In this document: one piece after another, positions 16,039-23,412 of the stretch
How positions within the stretch are numbered: the first letter of the stretch is position 1
Layout: each line of letters begins with the position of its first letter
Virus record (IMG/VR): IMGVR_UViG_3300037991_001833
Location: 1-35,689 of that record
Reading direction: 5' to 3' (one strand)
DNA from: a virus
Taxonomy: Duplodnaviria > Caudoviricetes
DNA: 35,689 nucleotides
Program-made: the position numbers and the translations under genes
Notes under the pieces: generated by a model
The model's input: only the letters and a program-made list of their open reading frames with translations
What the model was told of the DNA's origin: nothing
Databases searched by the model: none

Positions 16039-16279
16039 TGGCGGTCTAACCCGTTGGTTTAAAGAAAAGTGGGTAGATGTTAAAACAGGTAAGCCTTGTG
16101 GTCGTTCCAAAGGTGAAAAACGAGGCTATCCTGCCTGTAGACCAAGTAAACGTGTATCAAGTAAGACACCTAAGACTGCTGGAGAGATGTCAGCAGCCGA
16201 AAAAGCTAGATTTAAACGTGAAAAAACAGGCAGTAAGAAGATAAGTTATCAACATAGACGAAAAAAGAAGAAAAAATAA
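16025..16279 (+). CDS. Basic protein, DUF5872-like C-half
   Basis: GTG 16025 after GGAG; GLTRWFKEKWVDVKTGKPCGR...YPACRP. Confidence 0.8.
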   Translation: MARSSGGLTRWFKEKWVDVKTGKPCGRSKGEKRGYPACRPSKRVSSKTPKTAGEMSAAEKARFKREKTGSKKISYQHRRKKKKK

Positions 16280-16337
16280 CTGTGAAAGTTGCAGTTTCAA
16301 GGTAATATATTGTTATAAGTAAAATTTTCTTAGAATC

Positions 16338-16754
16338 ATGGCATTTTTTCGTGGTGAAGAAGGCTCTGTATCATTTGATAACGGAACTGGATCAGTTGGA
16401 GCAGTAGCTTCTACAACAGCTTGGACATTAGATACAACAAAAGATACTCTTGAGTGTACTGCTCATGGAGATACATCAAGAAAGTATGTAGGATCTTTAA
16501 TTTCTGGTTCTGGTACTGTTGATCTTCTTTACACTGCAACATCTGGTGATGATACTGCTGAAATAATTACAGATGTATTAACAACAGAAGATGCTGGTGA
16601 TGCTTCATTTAATTTGTTTTTAGATACATCAGGTACTAAAAAACTAAGTTTTAATGGAATTATTACAGGAACTTCATTTAGTTCTACAGTTGGTGATATT
16701 TCTACAGTATCAGTTAGCTTTGTAACAACTGGTGCTATTACTTCTGCTATCTAA
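16338..16754 (+). CDS. Major tail tube protein
   Basis: G..GSV.F, WTLD...DTLECT, YV..LISGSGTVD, FNGIITG..FSSTVGD...VSVSF..TG pattern; no other tube candidate in window. Confidence 0.8.
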   Translation: MAFFRGEEGSVSFDNGTGSVGAVASTTAWTLDTTKDTLECTAHGDTSRKYVGSLISGSGTVDLLYTATSGDDTAEIITDVLTTEDAGDASFNLFLDTSGTKKLSFNGIITGTSFSSTVGDISTVSVSFVTTGAITSAI

Positions 16755-16876
16755 TGCCTAAATCATCTTATTCGGGCAAACAACGCAAACTTGCTGCTGT
16801 TGCTCCACCACGGGATAAGATTACGGCTGCTGATCTTAAAAAACTACGTTCTAAGAAAAAAAAGAAAAAGAAGTGA
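16754..16876 (+). CDS. Small basic protein, 40 aa
   Basis: Hand-translated MPKSSYSGKQRKLAAVAPPRDKITAADLKKLRSKKKKKKK; TAATG coupling. Confidence 0.75.
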   Translation: MPKSSYSGKQRKLAAVAPPRDKITAADLKKLRSKKKKKKK

Positions 16877-17022
16877 AACTTACCACTCGCCAAAAAAACT
16901 TATTAGAGAAACACTCTGAACACCATAGTGATAAGCATATGGAGTTTATGAAAAGGCGAATGAGAGCAGGAGATACTTTTACCCAAGCTCATAAAAAGGC
17001 ACAGGCAAAGGTGGGCAAATGA
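16873..17022 (+). CDS. Small His/Lys-rich protein, 49 aa
   Basis: Hand-translated MKLTTRQKNLLEKHSEHHSDKHMEFMKRRMRAGDTFTQAHKKAQAKVGK; GTGA and ATGA couplings. Confidence 0.75.
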   Translation: MKLTTRQKNLLEKHSEHHSDKHMEFMKRRMRAGDTFTQAHKKAQAKVGK

Positions 17023-17294
17023 GGAAAAAACGTAAACAGGTAAATTTAAGTGTAGGCAGAGGGGAAAAGTCTAAAACAGGAGGACTTACTGCAAAAGGTC
17101 GTGCGAAATACAATCGTGCCACTGGTAGTAATTTAAAAGCACCAGTTACAGGAAAAGTAAAACCTGGAAGTAAAGCAGCTAAAAGACGAGCATCTTTTTG
17201 TGCAAGGATGTCTGGTATGCCAGGGCCAATGAAAGATAGTAAAGGCAGACCTACAAGAAAAGCGTTAGCTTTAAAGAAATGGAGGTGTCGCTAA
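17019..17294 (+). CDS. Basic conserved phage protein (DUF6321-like)
   Basis: GGLTAKGRAKYN..TGSNLKAPV...SFCARM...W.C. Confidence 0.8.
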   Translation: MRKKRKQVNLSVGRGEKSKTGGLTAKGRAKYNRATGSNLKAPVTGKVKPGSKAAKRRASFCARMSGMPGPMKDSKGRPTRKALALKKWRCR

Positions 17295-18737
17295 ATGACT
17301 TATGCTGTTCCTGGTCCAATTAGAACCAATATTGTTTCATCTACTTCTGTAGGTGGTATTGATAGTCCTTTTACTAGAACTAGAGCAGTTTTAGATATGA
17401 TGAAAGGATGGGAGATAATGAAAGCAGTTAGCGAAGGCACTGATTATTTAAGAACTAATAGTGAGGCATTTTTACCATTAGAGCCAAGAGAAGATTACGA
17501 AGCGTATCTTGCAAGAGTAAATAGAGCAGTATTTAGTCCTTTTACACAGAGATTAATAAGAGCAGCTACAGGTTTAGTTTTAAGAAAACCAATAACACTT
17601 ACTGGAGATCCTTATTGGACAGAAATGTTCAAAATGGATGTTGATGGTTGTAAGTCCGATTTAGATGAATATGCAAGAAGAGTATTGATGTGTTCTCTTA
17701 CTTATGGTCAAAGTCATATTCTTGTAGATTATCCAGCACCATCAGGAGCAGTAAGTCTAGCTGAAGAACGTCAGCAAAATCGTAGACCTTACTGGATCGA
17801 AGTAGACCCAACAAATTTATATGGCTGGAGGCTTGATAGAGAATCAAATTATGGAAACTTGATACAGGTGAGACTGGCTGAGAAAGCTGTATTGCCTGAT
17901 GGTCAGTTTGGTGAAAAGGTTTACGACCAAATAAGAGTAATCGAACCAGGGAGATATAGAGTTTTTCGTAAAAAAGAACAAATCGAAGAAATGTATGATG
18001 TTTCTGATAATAGTGTTACTGGTAATTTTGAAGTAGGTTCAGCAGATAAAGACTATCGACAAGTTGAATCTGGTAGTTTTTCTCTTGGTGAAATACCTTT
18101 AGTAACAATTTATTCGGGTAAAACAGATAATTTAGTAAGCAAACCACCTTTACTTGATATTGCATATCTAAATCTTGCACATTTCCAAAGACAGGCAGAT
18201 TTAATACATAGTTTGCACGTTGCATCTCAACCAATGCTTGTAATGGAAGGATATGACGATCAGACAAAAGATTTAGCTATCTCTGTAAATTATGCAATGG
18301 CAACTCAGCCAGGAAATAAAGTTTATTATGTAGAGCCAGCTTCTAGTGCTTTTGATGCTCAATCTGCTGAGATCAAAGAATTACAAATGCAGATGGCTAC
18401 TCTTGGTATTAGTACTTTAAGTCAGCAGAAGTTTGTAGCTGAATCTGCTGATGCAAGAAGATTAGATCGTGTAGATACTAATTCTATGCTTGCTATGGTT
18501 TCTATGGAATTAGAGCAAAAACTTCAAAAAGCATTTAATTTATCTGCTGAATATGTAGGTATTGAACCACCAGAAGTAAAGATTAGTAGAGATTTTGATA
18601 TTGAAAGATTGATTGGACAAGATATTACAGCATTAACATCATTATTCGATCAACAAGTTATTGATAGAGATGAATTTAGGGATATTTTGGTACAGGGAGA
18701 AGTGTTACCAACAGCGAATGAGGCCAAATCTGAATAG
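17295..18737 (+). CDS. Portal protein (DUF4055-type)
   Basis: FLP.EPRE..E.Y.AR..RA, ILVDYP, KPPLLDIA.LNLAHFQ..AD; size and position. Confidence 0.9.
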   Translation: MTYAVPGPIRTNIVSSTSVGGIDSPFTRTRAVLDMMKGWEIMKAVSEGTDYLRTNSEAFLPLEPREDYEAYLARVNRAVFSPFTQRLIRAATGLVLRKPITLTGDPYWTEMFKMDVDGCKSDLDEYARRVLMCSLTYGQSHILVDYPAPSGAVSLAEERQQNRRPYWIEVDPTNLYGWRLDRESNYGNLIQVRLAEKAVLPDGQFGEKVYDQIRVIEPGRYRVFRKKEQIEEMYDVSDNSVTGNFEVGSADKDYRQVESGSFSLGEIPLVTIYSGKTDNLVSKPPLLDIAYLNLAHFQRQADLIHSLHVASQPMLVMEGYDDQTKDLAISVNYAMATQPGNKVYYVEPASSAFDAQSAEIKELQMQMATLGISTLSQQKFVAESADARRLDRVDTNSMLAMVSMELEQKLQKAFNLSAEYVGIEPPEVKISRDFDIERLIGQDITALTSLFDQQVIDRDEFRDILVQGEVLPTANEAKSE

Positions 18738-18771
18738 TTTGATACAATGATAAACAAGTACATATATTTTC

Positions 18772-18942
18772 ATGGCTGGATCTATTGATAAAGTTCTGCA
18801 ATCTGACGGAACTTATAAATGGGAAGTAGTAGAGCCTAAAACTGAAGCACAAAAAGTCGCTGAAGCTTGTCCTGCTCCCGAACCAAAAGAAACTAAGAAA
18901 AAGGTTTCAAAAAAGAAAACTACTAACCCACTATCTGAATAA
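18772..18942 (+). CDS. Small protein with Lys-rich tail, 56 aa
   Basis: Hand-translated MAGSIDKVLQSDGTYKWEVVEPKTEAQ...KKKTTNPLSE. Confidence 0.7.
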   Translation: MAGSIDKVLQSDGTYKWEVVEPKTEAQKVAEACPAPEPKETKKKVSKKKTTNPLSE

Positions 18943-18945
18943 TTA

Positions 18946-19677
18946 ATGGCAATCGAAGAAAAAGTCATTCAGCCTGATTCCGTGACTCCTGCTGAACAGC
19001 CCGTGGCTGAAACTGCTTCACAACCAACTCAACCACAAGCACCTGATCTTACTGCTGTTAAGACACAGTATGAAGAACAAATTTCAGCTTTAAAAAAACA
19101 AATTGCTGAAGGTGAGGAAAAATTTAAAGGTGCAAAAAATAAACTTGATGAAGTTTACAAGAAAAAAGAAGAACAGAGAAAACAAGAATTAGAAGATCAA
19201 GGACAATGGAAAACTCTTTGGGAAGAGGCCAATAAAACGGCACAAGAAAAAGATCAACAGATTTCAACTTTGTCACAACAATTAGAAGATATGAAAACTT
19301 CTAAAGAAGTAGAATCTACAAGAACAAAAGCATTAGCTGCTATTAGTAATCTTGGTGCTATAAATGCAGAACAAACTTTGGCATTATTGCAAAATAATTT
19401 ACAAAAAAATGCTGAAGGTAAAGTTGTTGTTCTAAATGGTGGAGTTGAGCAAGATTTAAACACCTATCTCAGTAGTCTCAAAAACCCTGGTAGTGGTTGG
19501 GAACATCATTTCAAACCTAGTTCTGCTGCTGGAATGGGAGCAAAACCAAGTCCTGTCGGAAACACTGGCGGAGGTCAAGTAAACCCTTGGAAAACGGGCA
19601 ACCTGACTCAACAAATGCTAATATCAGAACAAGACCCACAGCTTGCAGCAGTGCTCAAGCAAGAGGCTCAAAAATAG
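18946..19677 (+). CDS. Capsid scaffolding protein
   Basis: Charged coiled coil, GxGA linker, NPW...NLTQQ C-terminal motif; immediately before capsid gene. Confidence 0.85.
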   Translation: MAIEEKVIQPDSVTPAEQPVAETASQPTQPQAPDLTAVKTQYEEQISALKKQIAEGEEKFKGAKNKLDEVYKKKEEQRKQELEDQGQWKTLWEEANKTAQEKDQQISTLSQQLEDMKTSKEVESTRTKALAAISNLGAINAEQTLALLQNNLQKNAEGKVVVLNGGVEQDLNTYLSSLKNPGSGWEHHFKPSSAAGMGAKPSPVGNTGGGQVNPWKTGNLTQQMLISEQDPQLAAVLKQEAQK

Positions 19678-19717
19678 TTAGTTTCTGTGAGACTAATCCC
19701 CTTGTCCGTGACTAGGG
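19678..19717 (+). promoter_or_regulatory. Tandem triloop hairpins in capsid 5'UTR
   Basis: TTAGTTTC-TGT-GAGACTAA and CCCTTGTC-CGT-GACTAGGG. Confidence 0.65.
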
Positions 19718-19746
19718 TATCGCAAAACTTAAAAAGGTAAATCTGA

Positions 19747-20835
19747 ATGGCTGCTCCGTTTCAGAATTACTCTGGCGGTGTCCTATTAGCGGATATCGTT
19801 AAGAGAAATAATCTCAGCACATATGTTTCCGAAGCTATCAAGGAACGTAGTGCATTTATTAAATCTGGTGCTGTTGTAAGAAATTCACTTCTTGACGCAT
19901 CAGAAGGTGGAACAAGAATCCAAGTTCCAGAATTTAACCCAATCGCTCCAACTGAGGAAATCTTAGATGGTACAGCAACATGGGGTACAAGTAATTCTGG
20001 TTATTTGACACCACAGAAGATTGGTACAGGAACACAGATCGCAACTATCTGTCACAGAGGTTTTGCGTATGCTGTTGATGATGTAGCTGTATTGGCTGCT
20101 GGTGAAGATCCAATGGGTCACATCAGAAACCAAATTGCAGATGCTATCAACAAGCTAAACTCTGCAAGACTATTCAGTCTATTAGATGGTTTATTTGCTT
20201 CTGGTACTGGTCCTTTAGGTGCAAACTCACTTGACGTAGCTAAAGCTGGTACAAGTGCTGTTGAAGCAAACTTTTTAACAGCTTCTACAGTTGCAAGAGG
20301 TAGATCACTTCTTGGAGAGAGAGGCGAAGAGCTAGATACTCTAGTTGTTCATCCATCTGTTGCTTACTACTTATATCAAGTAGGTTTACTTACATTCTCA
20401 ACATCTGCTCTATCTACTGGTGGTGCAGTAACTTGGGGTGGCGGTGGAGTTGGTGTAACTGACAGAAGTATCGGTCAATTTGCTGGTATGAATGTTGTTA
20501 TTGACTCTCAAGTTAATACAGTTGCTCCTGGTTCTTCTGGTCATCAGACTGAGTTCCGTTGCTTCTTAATTAAGTCAGGAACAATTCTTGAAGGTGAGCA
20601 ATCTCCTCTAAGCATTGAATCAGATAGAAACATCTTATCTAAGCAAGATGTTATGTCTGTTGACTACCACAGTGCTTATCACGTTATGGGAACTAAGTGG
20701 ACATCTGCTACTGACAACCCAACTAACGCACAGTTAGGTAACTCAAACAACTGGGCAATTACATATGATGCAGACCTAATTCCTATGGTTGAAATCATTG
20801 TTAACTCACCACTTGATACATCTAATATTTCTTAA
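19747..20835 (+). CDS. Major capsid protein (HK97 fold)
   Basis: LADIV, SAFIKSG, GG..I.VP.F, AAGEDPM.HI..QIA, VHPSV, VVIDS; followed by terminator. Confidence 0.92.
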   Translation: MAAPFQNYSGGVLLADIVKRNNLSTYVSEAIKERSAFIKSGAVVRNSLLDASEGGTRIQVPEFNPIAPTEEILDGTATWGTSNSGYLTPQKIGTGTQIATICHRGFAYAVDDVAVLAAGEDPMGHIRNQIADAINKLNSARLFSLLDGLFASGTGPLGANSLDVAKAGTSAVEANFLTASTVARGRSLLGERGEELDTLVVHPSVAYYLYQVGLLTFSTSALSTGGAVTWGGGGVGVTDRSIGQFAGMNVVIDSQVNTVAPGSSGHQTEFRCFLIKSGTILEGEQSPLSIESDRNILSKQDVMSVDYHSAYHVMGTKWTSATDNPTNAQLGNSNNWAITYDADLIPMVEIIVNSPLDTSNIS

Positions 20836-20857
20836 TAATATTAGAAAGTGGTCATCC

Positions 20858-20888
20858 AAAACCTCATCAATTATTGGTGGGGTTTTTT
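20858..20888 (+). terminator. Rho-independent terminator after capsid gene
   Basis: AAAACCTCATCAA-TTA-TTGGTGGGGTTTT plus T run. Confidence 0.85.
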
Positions 20889-20925
20889 CTTTACGCTACA
20901 ATAAAACTAAATTACTTTACTAATC

Positions 20926-21456
20926 GTGGCAGCTACTATAGACGCAACAGTAAAAGGAGCAAATGCTAATAGCTATGTCACATTAGCTGAAGCAGACGCA
21001 TATTTTGAAACTGTTCCAGATTCTACTCAATGGGATAATAAACAAGATGATAAAAAGAATCGTGCATTAATATCAGCTACAAGGTGGATTGATAGTTTTG
21101 TTTATTATGGAGACAGATGTGATGATGGACAGGCACTTAAATTTCCAAGAAATAATTATCAGGTAGATGGTGTAGAACTTTCCTGTGATTTAATCCCACA
21201 AAATATTAAATATGCACAATTTGAATTAGCTAGAGCTTTGGCAAATGATACTGATGCTATTACTGGTACTACTGGTAAAGACGGTAATTTTTCTGAGGTG
21301 CAATTAGGAGATTTGCAAGTTAAATATAATACTGATAGTCAGGGAACAGGATCAATAAATAATATTCTTGATGTTTACCCCTGGTTACAAAGTTATCTTG
21401 GAGCGTATATGCTAGGTGGAGCAGGTAGTTTTCAGATGAGGGTAGTTAGAGGATAA
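20926..21456 (+). CDS. Head-tail adaptor (DnaT-like family)
   Basis: ANSYVTLAEADAYF, ALISATRWID, QALKFPR, IP..IK.AQ.ELA. Confidence 0.9.
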   Translation: MAATIDATVKGANANSYVTLAEADAYFETVPDSTQWDNKQDDKKNRALISATRWIDSFVYYGDRCDDGQALKFPRNNYQVDGVELSCDLIPQNIKYAQFELARALANDTDAITGTTGKDGNFSEVQLGDLQVKYNTDSQGTGSINNILDVYPWLQSYLGAYMLGGAGSFQMRVVRG

Positions 21457-21839
21457 TGGCAGGACAACTTGATAATTTATTTAAAAACGTAGCCAAAAGT
21501 GTTGTATCTCAATTAGGTGCATCATTAGATCATAGTATTACTTATACAAAAAAAGCATCTCCTTCTTACAACACTTCTACAGGAGCTTTGACTACAACTG
21601 ATACTACTTACAATATAGACGTACCAATATCTTTTATTAGATCAGAAGAAGAAACGGGTCAAGAAATGAGAGAGGCAAAATTATATATAACTCCAGACCA
21701 GATAGGAGATAATCAAGTTGATTTAGATGATGAAATTACACTAAATTTTGCTGGTTCTAATAGAATTGCACAAATAGTTAATGTTGAAACTAAAAAGGGC
21801 GGACAAGTTTATCTATTTAGTATTTTGGTGCGGTTCTAA
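21456..21839 (+). CDS. Head closure/stopper protein
   Basis: Position; YN.STG motif; beta-rich. Confidence 0.7.
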   Translation: MAGQLDNLFKNVAKSVVSQLGASLDHSITYTKKASPSYNTSTGALTTTDTTYNIDVPISFIRSEEETGQEMREAKLYITPDQIGDNQVDLDDEITLNFAGSNRIAQIVNVETKKGGQVYLFSILVRF

Positions 21840-22390
21840 TGGCAATAAGACGTTTAAAAGATTTACCTAAAGATTTAGATACAAAAATTAGCGAAGATTT
21901 TAATAGTCTTATAAAAGATGTTCATTTTCAGTTATCTAATCAACATAAAAAAAGACCAATTACTATGCCAGTATGGACAGGATTTTTTGCGTCTAGCTGG
22001 AAAGCATCAAACTCTGCTGTTCATGCTACACACAAGGTAGAAAATTATGAACCTTGGGCATCAATAAAAAGAGAGCGTAGTTTGAATTTTTTTGAAAAAA
22101 GAAAACGAAAAGATTTTACGCCACAGACTAAACCTAAAAAGCCTGAAGTTAGACCAAGATTTCCAGTTGGACAAGGTAAAAGAATATTTAATTACAGAAA
22201 ATCAGTTTTTATTGGAAATAAAGCAGAATATTCTCAATATGTTTTAGAGAGTGGAGAGATTCAAAGATTTGTTCAAGGTCAATTAGGTCGTTTAATAAAA
22301 GAAAATATGTCAGATAAAGGTAAGCTATTTATAGGAGGAGGAGTATCAGAGAAATACTCAGGTACTACACAAACAGGATTTGAAGCATGA
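21839..22390 (+). CDS. Neck/tail completion protein (HK97 gp10-like)
   Basis: PVWTGFFASSW; IGNKAEYS..V.E. Confidence 0.75.
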   Translation: MAIRRLKDLPKDLDTKISEDFNSLIKDVHFQLSNQHKKRPITMPVWTGFFASSWKASNSAVHATHKVENYEPWASIKRERSLNFFEKRKRKDFTPQTKPKKPEVRPRFPVGQGKRIFNYRKSVFIGNKAEYSQYVLESGEIQRFVQGQLGRLIKENMSDKGKLFIGGGVSEKYSGTTQTGFEA

Positions 22391-22815
22391 CTTTAGTGAA
22401 CGCAAGAGCAGCATTTGAAAAAGCAGTTACAGATGCAGTTGCAGCAGCAGATAATACTGTTGAGATGGTATATGATAATGTTCATTTTGTAACTCCTGGG
22501 AAAAGTAAAAAATATATTTTGATGAGTGTAAACTTTACGCAATCAACTTTGCAGAATCAAGGAGCAGCTTCGGATTACTATGCTGGTGTTATTCAATGTA
22601 ATATTTACGTTCCAAAAAGTAAGGGTACTTCTGTTTTATCTGCGATAGGAGAAGCTGTAATTGATGGGTTAACTTCAGTAAATGCTTCTAATTATTCAGA
22701 TACTTTTAGTTGTAAACCTAGAGTATTAGACATAAACGGTCCAACTCCATTGGAAATAGAGGATAGAAGTCATTTTATTGGAATAATATCTTGTCAATTT
22801 TCAGCAAATGCCTAG
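22387..22815 (+). CDS. Tail terminator protein
   Basis: YDNV.F..P; GVIQCNIYVPK.KG; position. Confidence 0.75.
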   Translation: MTLVNARAAFEKAVTDAVAAADNTVEMVYDNVHFVTPGKSKKYILMSVNFTQSTLQNQGAASDYYAGVIQCNIYVPKSKGTSVLSAIGEAVIDGLTSVNASNYSDTFSCKPRVLDINGPTPLEIEDRSHFIGIISCQFSANA

Positions 22816-22843
22816 TATAATAGAATAGCAATCTAATAAATTT

Positions 22844-23197
22844 ATGGAAGCGATTGAACTGCTTAAGAACAAATTTGGTGTAAACCAAAAATATTTGTAC
22901 GAATTGAAAGATGGGGAGGAAACAATTTTAGAGATTTACTGGAATCCATTAACACTTGCCGAAAGAGAATCCATTGTTGCTTTATCTGGAGACAATTCAT
23001 CTGCTGATGATTTTGCTTTGACACTTATGATTACAAAAGCTCTTGATAAAGATGGTAAAAGATTATTCCAAGATGGTCATAAAGCCTCATTAAGAAGAGA
23101 AGTAAATGCTTCTATTCTTCAGGAAATCCAATTAGCTATGTTAAATTCTGGATCTGAATATAAAATGGAGGAAGCGAAAGCAGATTTAAAAAGCTAA
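22844..23197 (+). CDS. Tail assembly chaperone (gpG-like)
   Basis: PLTLAERE, KALDKDGKRLF; precedes tape measure gene. Confidence 0.85.
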   Translation: MEAIELLKNKFGVNQKYLYELKDGEETILEIYWNPLTLAERESIVALSGDNSSADDFALTLMITKALDKDGKRLFQDGHKASLRREVNASILQEIQLAMLNSGSEYKMEEAKADLKS

Positions 23198-23378
23198 TAA
23201 TCACTGGCATTTTGTATATTTTTTAGCTTCAGAGTTAGGACTTACTGTTCGAGAGTTATGTAAACAGATGACTCAAGAAGAATTAATAGGTTGGTCTGGA
23301 TATTATGAATTAAAAAGAGAATTAGAAGAAAAAACAATTCAAGAAGCAAAAAATAAATCACGGGCAAGAAAACGCTAA
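23190..23378 (+). CDS. gpT-like frameshift extension of tail chaperone
   Basis: Frame KANNHWHFVYFLASELGLTVRELCKQMTQEELIGWSGYYELKRE... has no start codon before the LASELG motif; +1 relative to gpG. Confidence 0.8.
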   Translation, partial: KANNHWHFVYFLASELGLTVRELCKQMTQEELIGWSGYYELKRELEEKTIQEAKNKSRARKR

Positions 23379-23412
23379 AAGCGGTACACTAAGATAAAGT
23401 TTTGTTTTTGCT

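Noticed and set aside
16289-16304. boxA-like TACCTTGAAACTGCA on the minus strand
   Set aside because: Antisense to late genes with no downstream unit; overlaps a probable plus-strand promoter; may be chance
20926-21456. Replication role implied by the DnaT-like name
   Set aside because: Position between capsid and neck genes indicates a head-tail adaptor
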